A stretch of DNA of 55,040 nt from Prorocentrum cordatum (GCA_963575745.1 CAUYUJ010000189.1:62001-117040); one strand, 5' to 3'. Numbered from the stretch's first letter, positions 1-13,606 are shown. Notes: a model not told the origin generated them from the sequence alone. A program made the numbers and translations.

Positions 1-1440
1 AAAAAACATGTCTGTCCCGCAGGCGTTTGAACAATCTTGGCGGCTCCGCATGTTGCGCTTTCCCGACGCTGCAACACGCCCCAGGAGGCTCCGAGGATCG
101 CCCCAAGACGGCCCAATGGACTTCAAAAGCGCCCCAGGACGGCCCAATAGGCCTCAACAGCGCCGAAGAGACGTTCAAGGACGCTCCAAGAGACGTCCAC
201 GAGGGCTCCAAGACGGCCCAAACGCGCTCCAAGAGAGCCCAAGACCGCACAAGAGCGTTCCAAGATGGCCCAACATGGCTTCAAGACAGCCCCAGAGGGC
301 CTCAAGACGGCCGCGAGGCCCTCAAAGGGAGTCCCACGGAGCCCTCAGGAGGCGAAACAACTGTTTTTCTGTTTTTTGAGGTTTTCCGTGTTCTGGTTTC
401 ATGCTTCTGACGGGCCAAGGCAGGCCATGAGGCCCCAGAAGTCGGCCCAAGACGGTCCAAGCGGCTCTCAAAGAGTGCCCCAGATGGCCCAAGATAGTTC
501 CAAGACGGCCTAAGGGCGCTCCAAGACGGCCCGAAGAAGGCCTAGAAGTTCCCACATGGTTTCAAGAGAGATCCAAGAGGGCCCTAAGAGCCCTCCAAGA
601 GGGACCCAGCACGACCCCAAGACAGCCAAAGCCTTCAAAAACGCTCCAAATGGGTTCCAGTACCTCGCGAGAGAGCGAGAAGTAGTCCAAAATTGCCCCA
701 AGAGGGCACCCAAGAAGGCCTGGAGACGCTAAACGCATGACTAGATGTTCGTCTGGCTCTTGTGTCGTTTCACGTAACGAGTTCCAAACACCAAGGATCC
801 TAAATGCGGACGGTGGTGTGAGCTCAAGACGACCCAAAGAGATCCCCGAGATGCCGAACAAATTGTTGCTCCAACGGCTATTGATGCTTCTGCCTCCTCA
901 TCTCCCTCCCCGTCCTCGTCCTGCACCTCGGAAAGGAAAGCACGTCGCTTCGAGATGCGTCCAGCCGCGGTGACGACGAGACCCCACGAAGACAAAACAA
1001 CTTCGGACCTCGATCCTCGCCTGGGGGCCTGGCACCTCGCTACTATCTCGCCCTCTTTTTTGATACCCCCTTCCCAGGGCCTCCAAGAGGCCTCCAGTCG
1101 GCCCAATCGACTTCCAAGACAGCCTAAGGTACCCCCGAGACCGCCTAAGGAGAACCAAAATGAACCGAAGATGGCCCAAAAGGGCACCAAGAGCAGGATG
1201 GCCTCAGCACGGCGCAAGGGTCCCCAGGACACCCCAGGAAAGTACCCGGCGCACCCCAAAGAGGCCTGAAGGATTTTTGTGTGTTCGCGCTTCCTGGCTT
1301 CCGACCGCCCAAGACGGCTCCAAGACTGCACAAGATGGGCCCAGGACGGCCTCAGCACGGCCCCAGGAGGGCCCGACGACAGCCCAAGAGGCCCCCAAAA
1401 CGTCCCCAAGGGACTTCCAAGATGACCATGCAAGCCCCGT
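1..1440 (+). repeat. Degenerate satellite with ~11-bp unit (CCAAGACGGCC-like), interrupted at ~735-1060
   Basis: Recurrent ccaagacggcc/ccaagagggcc. Relatives occur at 44910-45260 (reverse strand) and 46895-47160. Confidence 0.8.
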
Positions 1441-1505
1441 GAGAGGGTTCTGAAACTGCCCCCAAAGACATAAGACCGCGTCTCCAGCATGCGTCCGTCC
1501 AAGAG

Positions 1506-1579
1506 GCTCGAAGAATGCCGAACGAAAGCTGGAGGTGGCTCGAAAGCTCTTCAGCAATGATCAAATCATCGAGTTTGAG
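1506..1579 (+). CDS. Candidate orphan exon or coding relic
   Basis: ag|GC TCG AAG...TTT GAG|gc; SKNAERKLEVARKLFSNDQIIEFE. No partner exons confidently joined. Confidence 0.25.
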
Positions 1580-2329
1580 GCCCTGCCTGTGCGACCAGGA
1601 GGTGTTTTTGCACGCGCTCCGCCAGCTGGCGTGACAGCGCATGCATTTCACGGCAAACTACGGCCTCGACATTTAGATAGCCAGTCAATAGAGTCAATGA
1701 CCCAAGTCTGGTCAGCGATCTCCCCGACGAACCCGCAAGCTAAGACTTGCGTCCTGACAACGATCTGGCAACCCTAGCCCAAGACACCTGCCGCCCCAAA
1801 CACAGCGCCTGAACAGTTCAAAAGCCAGTCCAAGGAAGCCCTGCGACATTCCTTAACTGGCCCAATTCGGTCGCAACCCCTCTCAGACAGCGAGTCGCCC
1901 GCAAACCCCGACCTTGGTGTCATCACAGCGCCATGGATTGGGCTAGAATCTAAGCGCGCGAAGCGCGCGTGATTCTAGTACTATATCTTATGGAAACACA
2001 CGTTCGCATAATGTGTGCGAGGGGGTTGTGCGGGGGCGGGGTGTGCAAGGCGGTTGTGTGCGATGTCATTTGCAGGGGTATTGACAGTTCTGGTGCGCTC
2101 AAAAGCTCAAGTCTACTACTATCCTTCAGCACACTGTCATCATCATCCTCGCTCCCTTTCTGTACTTTTGAACAATACAAGCAGCAACAACAGCAGGAGG
2201 GGCCAGAGTTGCGGCATCTGCAGGGCCTTTGAACATCAACGTAACCGAGGAGGCGGTGGATAGGTAGAAAGCAGGAGAGTTGTTTCTTTCAGCAGACACA
2301 TTTACACATCGTGGTAGTTCTAGGGCCAC

Positions 2330-3720
2330 AGGTCGCCTGACCTGAGGCGGTCAGACTAGTTCGGCCTGAGGCATCCTGGAAATTCTGAGCTCGGAGACCC
2401 CGCGCGAGAGGTGGTCTGGTCCGTTTCGGCTTGCGAGATGCTGCGCGCGAGGTAGCCCGGCCAGTTTCGCATGAAACATCCTCGCAACTGTGGGCTTCGA
2501 GATACCGCGCAAGAGGTCGTCCAGCCCGACTCGCTTGGAGCACCCTCGCAGATATGGTTTCTGGATGCCACGCAAGATATCTAGCCATTTTCGATTCTCG
2601 CAATTCAGGGCCCAGGGATGCCCTGACCTGAGGTGGTCCAGCCCGTCTCGCCTGAGACTTCCTCGCAACTCTGGGCTCGGAGATGCCCTGGTCTGAAGTG
2701 GTCAGCCAGCTTTGCCTGACACATCCTCGCAATTCTGGGTTCGACCATTTCGCCTGACACTTCTTCGCAATTGCTTGCTCACAGATGCCCTCACCTTCCG
2801 TAATCAGCCAATTTCAACCCAGTTCGCTTGAGACATCCATTCTTCCAACCGCGGGCTCACAGATGCCCTGACCTCACGTGGTCTGAGCCCGTTTCGCCTG
2901 AAACATCATCGCAGTTCTGGGCTCGGAGATGGCCCGACCCAGCCCGTTTTGCTTGAGACGTCCTCGCAACCGTGCTCGGAGATGCCTTGGCCTGAAGTGG
3001 TCTGGTCAGCTTCACCTGACACATCCTCACAATTCATGGTTCATAGGTACCCTGACTTCGCATGGGCAGGCCATGTCGCCTGAGACATCCTCGCAACTCC
3101 TGCTCACAAATGCCCTGGCCTGACGTGGTGCAGCCGATTCCAGCCTGGTTCGCCTGAGACATCCTCGCAACTTGGGGCTCATAGATACACTAACCTCACG
3201 TGGTCTGGGCCCGTTTCGCCTGAAATGTCAACACAATTTTGGGCTTGGAGATGGCCTGACCTGAGGTGGTCCAGTCGATTTCGCCAGGGATATCCCCGCA
3301 AATCTGAGTTTAATGACGCCCTGGTTCGATGAAGTGGTCTGGACGGTTTCGCCAGAACCATCCAAATCTGGGTTCGGAAGTGTCACGCGGAAGGTGGTCG
3401 GGCGGGTTTGGCCTGAGACCGTCTCATTCGTCTGGGCTTCTGTATGCCTTCTCCTGAGGTGGTCCAACCAGTTTGGCCCGAATTATCTTCGTAACTCTAA
3501 GCTCAGAGATGCCCTGGCCTGAGGTGGTCCAGCTACCTTCGCTTGAGACATCCCCACATTGTTGGCTTCGAGATGCCGCGAGAGAGGTCCAGCCAGTTTT
3601 GCTTACGATATCCTCGCATTTCTGAGCTCAGAGATGCTCTGACCTGAGATGGTCCCGCGAGTTTTGCATTGGACATCCCAACAACTCTGGGACATTCTAT
3701 GCCCGCAGTTGTGAGGATGT
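2330..3720 (+). repeat. Diverged ~64-bp tandem repeat (GACATCCTCGCAA...GATGCCCTGACCTGAGGTGGTCCAGCC)
   Basis: Motif acatcctcgcaa recurs at about 64-bp spacing (e.g. ~2657/2721, ~3021/3085). Confidence 0.85.
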
Positions 3721-4189
3721 CGATGCCACGCGTGCCTTGGTGAAGGGGGGTGGCAACTGGGCTCTCGCACTCTACGATTCCGACCCGACACATTCTGGTC
3801 AAAAACACACGGGCGGGGAGACTCAGCACCACCACGGCGGCAATTGCGACCCTTCATATGAAGAATAGCCGCGTCGTCGGCGGCTGCATCCTCATGGGGT
3901 GGAGTTCGGGGCGGTCGAACGACATGCGGATGTTCAAGTGTACTTTCGGTGGAACCGTATGGTTGACTACGGCATCCCGCGCGCAAGCGGGAGGCTAAGG
4001 TTCTGTTCGCAATTGTCGCTCTGTCCAGGGAGCGGTTGCGCGCGCACCTCGACAGCCCCAATACTGCGATATGCCACAGGGAACACTACCGGCCAACTGG
4101 GCTGGGACAGCTCGCCCAGCAGGCGAAGCGGGACATTGAGCAGGAGTTCGGACATCGCAAGGGATTGTGTTGAATTTGGACCGCGCCCG

Positions 4190-5560
4190 TGTACAGTTGA
4201 GATGGTGCAGCTGGCAGAGGATCCGGGGAATGCTGCAGCGGCGGAGAGCCGCTGGCGAGGCGACTCCCTGGCTCGACACGGCCATGTCGGACGCGATCCG
4301 CGCGTGGCCGAACGCGCGCGCGCCCGCGAGCCGGTCAACGGGCAGCAGGCCAGGCAGCGCCAGGCGGAGGAGAAAAAGTGGCAGCTTCTCTGGGAGGTTG
4401 CAGCGCTGCAGCGGCGCGGGTGCGGCTGCGGGCTGAGGTTCGGTTTTTGGGAGCCAGCCCGCCCCCGGAGCCGGCCAGGAGGCGTGGGCCGACAGAGGCA
4501 CGTGGCACAGGTGTGCGCAAGGAGATCTGCGATTGTCGACCTCAGCGCACGGTAGAGACGCCGCGGTGCCGCGCGGAGCTGCGGGAGCGCGCGCAGGCGC
4601 AACTGAAGCGACGCGCGGCCCCAATCCGGCGCGGAAGGCGTCTGCGTTGAAGCTTTGTCTCGAGGCGGACGCAAGGCAGTGGGGCTCCCCTAGGCGGCGC
4701 AAGATCGTCCAGTGTTCTCCAGCGGAGGGCGCCTGGATTCAGAAACGAGAGTGGGTTGCGCAAGGGTGGGTGCGAGGGTATCCGCGGGGCTTGTGCGGAC
4801 CTCCGTGCCTCCTGGTGCATTTTCGCGCCGCGCGCGGCATGGATTTTCGCTCGAAGCGTCCGCGAAGAGCGCAGGCCGCATTCCGAGCCAGCGGCCCCTT
4901 CAGGGCTGCGCGGCCGAAGCACGCGCGCCTGGGGGCAGAGCAGGATTGTAACGACAGCGGATGCGACAAGGGGATATCAGGAAAAGGCGGCGAATGTTCT
5001 TGGGGCCCATGCGCACCAGGAGGCCCACACGTCCACGCGAACCTTGCACGTGCCCTCGCGCATGCCCTTGCGCAGCTCCTCTCTCGTTTCTCGATCCAGG
5101 CGCTTTCCAGTCGGCGGCTCCCGAGGAAGTGCAATTGCCGCTCGAGGCCGCATGCCGTCGGAGTGCGACTCTTGCGCAAGGTTGAGGGCGCGCGCGTCTT
5201 GGCCAGCTTGGCGTTGATGGGCTGGCGTTGAACCTGCCTCCTTGCCAGGCTGTCGGCAAGAGCGGCCTCCCGGACCTGCTGCTGCAGCGATTCTTGTCCC
5301 CCTCGCTCGGCTTGGCCTGGTGCTCGTCGACAACATGGGCCGCTGCGTCAATGGCAGTCTTCCGCGCTCTCGCCTGCCTGCTTGGCCAGCGGGGCCCCGC
5401 GGGCAAGCCGGGCGGCGGCCCCGCGGCCTGCGCAGTTTCGCAAGCGCGCGCGCGATTGCCCACGGTCTCCGCGCATTCGACGCGCGACCGTCTCGCGCCA
5501 GGGCGCCATCTGCGTTTTCAGGGCCCTCTGCCGTCTGCATCATCTCGACTGGCTGGCCTG
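4190..5560. pseudogene. Two inverted, diverged copies of a decayed coding sequence (probable TE relic)
   Basis: + strand VEMVQLAEDPGNA..LARHG and RLDSETR..LRKG..EG..ASWC versus - strand VEMMQTAEGPENA..LARDG and RLDRETREELRKGMREG..ASWC; frameshifted. Confidence 0.55.
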
Positions 5561-5799
5561 TCACGAGCGCAGCTTCTGCTCGCCACAGCCCCGTTCGGCG
5601 CTGGAGGTCTGGCCACTTTTGAGATACATCTCGCGGAGTGCACGGTGTGTGCCTCTCCTGCGCGCTCAGGTGTTCCAGCCCCGCTTTCCAGTATCGTTTC
5701 TTCTGGCAGTCCTGGAAACCAGGCGTCCAGGGCGTGCGCGCATTCCCCCCACAAGCAAGTCGATTGTTGCGAGCGCTGTGTTGACATCCGTGTGTGCGC

Positions 5800-7865
5800 G
5801 TGGGGATATACTTGGGAGGCCCACAGCTGCGAGGATCTGTCTCGGGCGGCCTGGCTGGACCACCCAAGACAAAAGCATCCCTAACAGGAGTTGCGAGGAT
5901 GATCTGGGCCAGACTGTTTGGACCACTTCAGGCCTAACCGTCAGAATGTGTCAGGCCAAGATGTCTCACGCCAGAATATCCTAGGCCAAACTGGTCGGGC
6001 CGCCTCTGCGAGGACGTCTCAGGCGAAACTGGCCGGACCACCTCTGGTCAGGGCGCTGTTTCATTTTGATGCGCGATGATTTTCCGAGCGAGGGTGCCAG
6101 GAGCACGTCAGGCCAGGACACATCCGAGCTTAGATGTTCGTGGGTGTCCCTGGCAAAACTAGGTGTGCCACCCGAACCCACACTTGCAGTGATCTCTCAT
6201 GCGAAATTGGTTCGACCACGTCGGGTTGGGTATTTTCCGATTCAGGGGTTTTCCGATTCCAGAGTTTTGGGGGTATCTCAGGTGAGCATGGCTGAATGAA
6301 CCCAGAATTGCGAAGATTTCTGGAGCGACGCCGCCTGCACCGCCTCTCGCTTGCCATCTCCGCGTCAGAACTTCGAGGATGTCTCTTGCCGAAGGGGTCG
6401 TGTGTGTATGCGTGGATGTATACAGACGATACTGGCGGGACCACCTCAGGCCGCCGCATTGATGTTTCAGGCGGTTACGATTGGACCGTTTCATGCCATG
6501 GCATGTGTAAACCCAGAGTTGCAAACATGTCTCGGCCAAACTAGCTGGATCACCTCAGGTCAGGGCATATCCGGGCCCATGGTTGCGAGGATGTCTCAGG
6601 CCAAGCTGGCCTGACAACCTCAGACCAGGTGATCTGTGAGCCCAGAATTGCGAGGATGTCCCAGGCGAAAGTGGCAGGACCACGTCGGGTCAGGGCAGTT
6701 GTGGGCCTGGACTTGCGAGGATGTGTCGGGCGGTTTTGGCCAGGCCAATTCAGACAGGGGCATCTGACATCTTTGAGACCAGAGTTGCGAGGATGCCTCA
6801 GGCGACACTCGCTGGATCGCATCAGGCCAGGGCATATCCGAGCTCAGAGTTGCGAGGATGCTTCAGGTTAGACCGGCCAGACCCCCTCTGGTCAAGGCAT
6901 CCGTGAGTTCAGGTGTGCGATGATTTCTTGGGCGGAATTCGCCAGACCTCGTCATGGCGAGGCATCTCCGAGCCCCGAAAACGTAGATGCCTCATGCGAA
7001 AATGGCTGGACCACCACGGGTCAGAACTGCGAGGATTCAGGATAGGTCGGGTCACATTAGCTGGACCACCGCACGCCAGGGTATCTCCAAGCCCAGAGTT
7101 GTGGAGATGTATCAGACGAGCGTAGCTGGACCACCTACGGTTTGGGCATCTGTGAGACAAGAGTTGCGAGAATGTCTGAGGCGAAATCGGCCATGCCACC
7201 TCAGGTCAGGGCATTTTCTGAGCACTAGAGACAATGATGGCTCAGGCGAAACTGTCTCGACCGTCTCAGTTCAACGCATCTTCAAGTCCAGAGCTGCAAT
7301 GTCCCAAGCTAGACTAGCTGGATTACCTCAGGCAAGGGCATCTCTGGATCCAGAGTTGCGAGGATATTTTTGGCGAAATTGGCCAGATTAGGGCCTTTGT
7401 GAGCCGGGAGTTGCGAGCACGTTTTAGCCGATTTTTTTGGACCATCTCAGGCCAAAACAATTGTGCCCCCTAGGGTTGCGAGGACGTCTTAGACGAAACG
7501 TGCCGAACCAGCTCAGGTCAGGGCATCTGTCTGGCAAGAGTTGCGAGATGTCTCAGGCAAGATTTGCCATTCCGACTCAGGTCAGGGCGCCTCCGAGCCT
7601 AGAGTTGCGGGGATGTCTCAGGCGAAACTGGCTGGACCACCTCAGGCCAGGGCGTCTCAGAGCCCAGAATTGTCGGGATGTCTGTAGTTACATTTGCCTG
7701 GTCGCCACACAGCAGTGTATCTGCAAGCCGAGAGTTGTGAGCATATGCCTGGCGAAATTGGCCGGACCAAGGCACTTGTGAGTTGGGAGTTGCGAGGATG
7801 TCTCACGCGAAATTGGTTCTACCACCTCGGGCTAAGGCCAGAATTACGAGGATGTCTCAGGCGCG
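5800..7865 (-). repeat. Same ~64-bp tandem family in inverted orientation
   Basis: Recurrent ttgcgaggatgtctcaggcgaaactggctggaccacctcagg, the reverse complement of the 2330-3720 unit. Confidence 0.85.
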
Positions 7866-8227
7866 GGTGGGAGATGGCGAGTGGCAGTTGGAGAATTGGA
7901 GGGAGGGAAGGAATAAAGGAACTTAGGGTACGACGAGATCAATGAGGGAGGATTGATGTATGTGAGTGACATGTGCTGGATCCCTGATCCTTGGCGATGA
8001 TTTGTTGAATCTTGAGCGGGACATTCTTGAGCTCCTTGTCTTGGACACGACTGCTGCTCGAGACACGATCATCGATGCTCTAGTGCCGACATTGGTTCCC
8101 GCGTTGGAGGTCCTCGCATTTCCTGGCTTAGACGGACTGTGCGGGTTGTGGGGGGGGGGTTGTGGAAGGTGTTTTTGTTGGATATTGTTTGCTTTCCCTC
8201 AGACATCGTATCAGTATCTGATCCCCC

Positions 8228-8406
8228 TCACCCCCCTTCTCCTCCTCCTCCTCCTCCTCCTCCTGCTCCCCCCTCCCCTCCCCCTCCTCCTCCTCCTCCT
8301 CCTCCTCCTCCTCCTCCTCCTCTCCTCCTCCTCTCCTCCTCCTCCTCCTCCTCCTCCTCCTCCTCCTCCTCCTCCTCCTCCTCCTCCTCCTCCTCCTCCT
8401 CCTCCT

Positions 8407-8437
<31 letters not shown>

Positions 8438-8545
8438 TCCCCCTCCTCCTCCTCCTCCCTCCTCCTTCTCCTCCTCCTCCTCCCTCCTCCTCCCCTCCTC
8501 CTCCTCCTCCTCCTCCTCCTCCTCCTCCTTCTCCCCCTGCTCCCT
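8228..8545. repeat. (CCT)n microsatellite
   Basis: Direct reading. Confidence 0.95.
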
Positions 8546-8711
8546 CCTCGGGGGCCAGCAGTGGCGGCCCATAGCTTTTGGCTGCGCTGCCTCGGGCCGC
8601 GCGGCGGCCACTCTGCCCCCGGCGGGGGAGGCGCTCGTCCCATCGCCGTCGTTTCTGCTTTGATTTCGAACTTTTTGATCGAAGTGTGAGCATGTCTTCG
8701 TCACCCCAAAG

Positions 8712-8925
8712 CAGGGCTCATTTCGATTCCTCCGATTCGATTCGATTCGATTTCGATTGATTCCGGTTCCGATTCGATTCGACTTCGGATTCCGATTTGG
8801 ATTCCGATTCCTCAATGGAGGCCTACCAGCCCGCCGATTTCTGCCGAGTCGGCTTCTCCGATTTCCGCCGATCCTTTCCATTCGATCGCCGATCCGATTT
8901 GTCGATTCGATTCTCGGCTCTCGTG
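8712..8925 (+). mobile_element. CGATT-rich dispersed element, copy 1
   Basis: Aligns by eye with 22798-23025 (agggctc..cgattcctccgattcgattcg..tggaggcctac..gccgatttctgccga..ggctctc). Confidence 0.7.
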
Positions 8926-9067
8926 CCCCAAAATATATCACCATCACTTCGTCGAAACGTTTCACACTTATTCACCAAAAGCTGATCAGCGTTCCATTAC
9001 TCTTCGCCCAAGGATCGGTAGTTTCACCGTCTTCGAGATGGTGGAGTATGCAGCCTGCCACACGCAA

Positions 9068-9236
9068 TTTGTTGTTGTTGTCGTCGTTGTTGTTGTGATG
9101 TGGTTGTGGTTGTGGTTGTGGTTGTGGTTGTGGTTGTGGTTGTGGTTGTGGTTGTGGTTGTGGTTGTGGTTGTGGTTGTTGCTGCTGCTGCTGTTGTGGT
9201 TGTGGTTGTTGTTGTTGTTGCTGCTGCTGCTGCTGG

Positions 9237-9267
<31 letters not shown>

Positions 9268-9302
9268 GGTGTTGTTGGTGTTGTTGGTGTTGGTGTTGTT
9301 GG

Positions 9303-9338
<36 letters not shown>
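9068..9338. repeat. (GTGGTT)n/(GTT)n microsatellite
   Basis: Direct reading. Confidence 0.95.
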
Positions 9339-9770
9339 AAAAAAAGTAAAGTGGACATTCGCGCGCGCAAGACCAACAAAAAACACGACGATCTCAGGAA
9401 CTTGCCCCAAAAATGTGACCAACTCCGCTCTCTCTGTCTCTCTCTCTGTCTGCTCTCTGTCTCTCTCTCTGTCTGTCTGTGTCATGTATTGTATGTCACA
9501 ATTGCAGGATGCTGGGCACACGCGCGCCCCGAATAAGTGACCAAGTTCTGTGGGTGTGTACCCCACGCCAGTGTAGTAGCCACGGTCGTCCGCACGCCAC
9601 GAAGTGAAGTGTCCCAACGTCATAGGGCGGGAAGCTGGGTTTGGGTGGTCGCGAAGAGTCGTTTGGATATTTGGTAGAGCTTGAACTGCCCCCCCACGAA
9701 GTGGGGGTATTGTCTCGCGTCGCATGAAAACCCTGGCACTGGTGAGAACACTGAGCGTTCGGGTAAAATG
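9338..9770 (+). mobile_element. Partial copy of the unit of the 12567-16120 array
   Basis: Shares aaagtggacattcgcgcgcgcaagac and the ~240-bp 3' block; flanked by (GTT)n. Confidence 0.8.
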
Positions 9771-9818
<48 letters not shown>

Positions 9819-10014
9819 CGCGAGGACACTACTGGAGGCCCGTTGCTCGACCCCCCCCCGAGCAACACCACGGGGCCACGCACGGGCCCTGCAGGGCACC
9901 TGCTCCGAGCAACGCCACGAGGCCTCGCCAGGCCGCTGCGGGGGTCTGCAGGGCCCAGCGGCGTTGCTCGGAAGGTCTTTTCGGGACTGCTGCGGAGTCC
10001 CATACAGGCCCCAA

Positions 10015-10240
10015 AGGGCGCACCCCTCACGGATCGTGGCCCTGGCCCCACAGGGAGCTCAACCGAGGTTTGATTTCGGCACACCTCTCTCGAGGATCGT
10101 GGCTCAGGGAGCTCCACCGAAACTTGATTTCGGCGCACCCCTCTCACGGATCGTGGCCCTGGCCCCACAGGGAGCTCCACCGAGGCTTCATTTCGGCACA
10201 CCCCTCTCGAGGATCGTGGCCCTGGCCCCACAGGAAGCTC
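10015..10240 (+). repeat. ~52-63-bp tandem repeat (GGATCGTGGCCCTGGCCCCACAGGGAGCTC), about 3.5 copies
   Basis: Direct reading. Confidence 0.85.
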
Positions 10241-10379
10241 GAGGACGACAATGATGGGGATGTTGATCGCTGACAGATGATGAGGCTGAACATGCCGACG
10301 AAGATGAGGGTCATGCTGATAATGGTGAAGGCGATGCGGACGAGGAGGAGGATCGGGGTGATGATGAGGGTCACGAGCA

Positions 10380-10675
10380 GGAGGAGGATGATGAGGATGA
10401 GGATGACGAGTGAGGATGGTGGGGACGAGGATGAGGACGATGACGATGAGGATTGTTGTGACGATGATGCTGATGATGATGATGACGATTATGATGATCA
10501 CGATTACGATCGTGATGCTGGTCATGCTGATGATGATTATGTTGGCGATGATGATGATGATGATGATGATCATGATGATGATGATGACGCACAGGATGGC
10601 GATGATGAGGGCGATGAGCGCGAAGAGGCGGACGATGATGATCATCATGATGATGACGATGATGATTATGATGGG
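10380..10675. repeat. Degenerate (GAT)n microsatellite
   Basis: Direct reading. Confidence 0.9.
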
Positions 10676-10689
10676 ATGGTCGTCGTCGT

Positions 10690-12195
10690 CAGGGTCCTAC
10701 AGGATTCCATAGGATTCCTATGGGAATCCTACAAGATTCCTATAGGATCCCTACAGGGTCCTACAGGATTCCGTCGATTTGTTTTGAAATTTATAGGATT
10801 CCTACAGAGTCCTACAGGATTCCATAGGTCTCCTATAGGACTTCTTATGGGATCCCTACAGGGTCCTACAGGCTTCCATAGGAACCTCACAGGAATCCTG
10901 TTGGAATCCTATAGGGTCCCTGCAGGGTCCTACAGGAGTCCATAGGCAACCAATTGGCATCCTGTAGGAATCCTATAGGATCCCTACTGGGTCCTACAGG
11001 ATTCCATGGTAATCCTCTTGGATTCCTTGAGAAAATCTCTAGGGTCCCTGCAGGGTCCTACAGGATTCCATCGGAATGCGATTGGAATCCTATTGTAATC
11101 CTATGGGGTCCCTACAGGGCCCCAGATGATTCTATAGGCGTCATATTGGAATCCTATTGGATTTGTTTCGGATCCCTACAGGGTCCTAGAGGATTCCATA
11201 GGAATCATATTGGCATCCTATTGGAAGTCCTATAGGATCCCAACAGGGTCCTACAGGATTCCATAGGGATCCTATTGGAATCCTGATGGAAATCCTATAG
11301 GGTCCCAACAGGGTCCTACAGGATTCCATCGACATCCTATTGGAATCCGAGTGGACATCCTACAGGGTCCCTACAGGGTCCTACAGGATGCCATCGGAAT
11401 CCTATTGTAGTACTACTGGATTCCTATGTGATCCCTACAGTGTCCTACAGGATTCCATAGGCATCCGATTAGAATCTCATTGGGAACCCATCGGGTCTCT
11501 ACAGCGTCCTACAGGATTACATAGGAATCCGATTCGAATCTCATTGGAAAACCAGAAGGCCCCTACAGGGTCCAACAGGATTCCATAGGAAGTCCATTGG
11601 AATCCTATGGGGCTCCTATTGGAATCCTATAGGATCCCTACAGGGTCCGACAGGATCCCGCAGGATTCCTATAGGAATCCTATTTTGGGTCTTATTGGAT
11701 CCCTACAGGGGCCTGCAGGATTCCATAGGGTTCCAATAGGAATCCTATTGGGGTCCTCTTGGGTCCCTATCGGATCCCTTCAGTGCCCAACAGGATTCTA
11801 TAGGAACCCTGTAGGAATCCTAGAGGATCCCAACAGGGTCCTACAGGATTCCATAGGAATCCGATTGTGATACTATTGGAATCCTATGGAATCCCTAGCG
11901 ACCCTATGGCAATCCTATAGGAATCATATCGGAATCCTATTGTAATGCTGCAGGATTCCATGGCAGTCCTATAGGAATCCGAGGGGGGGGGGCCTATAGG
12001 ATCCCTACAGGGTCCTACAGGATTCCATCGGAACCCTATAGGGATCCTATAGGATCCATCCTTTCGGGGTCCTACAGGATTCCATCATAACCCTATAGGG
12101 ATCCTATTGGATCCTTGCAGAATCCTACAGGATCCCATCGGAACCCTATAGGAATCCTGTAGGATCCTTACAGGGTCCTGCACGATTCGTCCTAT
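10690..12195 (+). repeat. Satellite with ~64-bp higher-order unit built from 10-11-bp subunits (CAGGGTCCTACAGGATTCCATAGGAATCCTAT)
   Basis: cagggtcc recurs at 10923, 11051, 11179, 11244. Confidence 0.9.
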
Positions 12196-12530
12196 TGGGA
12201 GGAGGAGCTGGCCTCGCTGGCGCGCGGTCGGTTTTCGGACACAGGAGTGCGTGGGGAACAGTAAGGGAGCCCACGGAGATTTGGAAACACATATAGATTT
12301 ACGTTAGCGTATGCCAGAGGTGTTGCGCGTTGCTCTCCCCCCCCCCGGGCAACAACTGCAACGTGTGGCCTGGGGGAGTGCGCTCGCCCCGGGGGCGAGG
12401 ACACCGCCACGGGCCTCGCCGGGGTGGCCTGAGAGGGTGTCCTTGCGTTGTTGTTGTTGTTGTTGTGTTGTTGTTGTTGTTGTTGCTGTTGTTGTTGTTG
12501 CTGCTGCTGCTGCTGTTGTTGTTGTTGTAG

Positions 12531-12565
<35 letters not shown>

Positions 12566-12566
12566 G

Positions 12567-13438
12567 AACATTATTACTTCTAAAGAATAATTATTGTTGG
12601 GACCCCTGGTGCACGGCCCCCTCGCCGCGCCTAGGCCGCAGCCACATTTTCATCATTTTCGTGAGGAAGTCTCAGGTAAAACGATGTGATCCAGATCCGG
12701 TTGTTTTGTTACGGGCGGTTTTCCCTTGCAAAAAATAAGGCAAAGTGGACATTTCTTGTTCTAACATAACCAAACTTCAAGAATCCCTTGCAAAAAATAA
12801 GGTAAAGTGGACATTCGCGCGCGCAAGACGAAATCCTTCCAAAACCTTAGTGTTCGTAGCGATTTTAACATAAAAACATAAAAAACAATGGTTTTTCAAA
12901 AAAAAATGTCAAAATTTCATCCCGCGCGCTCTTGCGGATTTGTAGGAAACCCAACACTTTTTAAACATTTCTGTCAAACGGGCTTTTGCGAGCAACTTTT
13001 TCGAACTTCTGCCAACAACGGTTGCGCACCTGCCAGGGCCATCATCCCTGTCAAATAATACCATGCGGGACACATTCGTTTTTTCTTCGCGCGCGCACGC
13101 CGAAATCTTCAAAAACCATTGGGTTTCTTAGGATTTTAGCACCGCGCAACATAAAATCATACGAATCGCACCGTAGGTCCTCGAAAAACATCAATAAGAA
13201 AATGTTACCACAACAAGTCACTGTACCCATGCGCCAGTGTAGTAGCCACGGTCGTCCGCAGGCCACGAAGTGAAGTGTCCGAACGTCATAGGGCGGGAAG
13301 CTGGGTGTGGGTGGTGGCGAAGAGTCGTTTGGAAATGTGGTAGAGCTTGAACCGGCCCCCCCACAAAGTGGGGGTATTGGCGGGCGTCGTATGAAAACCC
13401 TGGCACTGGTGAGAACGGAGTGTCCCCACGTGCTAGTA

Positions 13439-13519
<81 letters not shown>

Positions 13520-13575
13520 GTTGTTGTTGTTGCTGTTATTGCTGCTGTTGTTGTTGTTGTTGTTGTTGGTGTTGG

Positions 13576-13606
<31 letters not shown>

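Noticed and set aside
2190..2263. Possible exon ...PLNINVTEEAVDR with a GT donor
   Set aside because: No clear acceptor in the matching phase, and it cannot be joined to the 1506-1579 candidate.
8565..8590. Weak resemblance to the dinoflagellate spliced leader (tagcttttggct)
   Set aside because: Too short, lacks the CAAG end and has no downstream ORF. I saw no convincing spliced-leader relic in the window.
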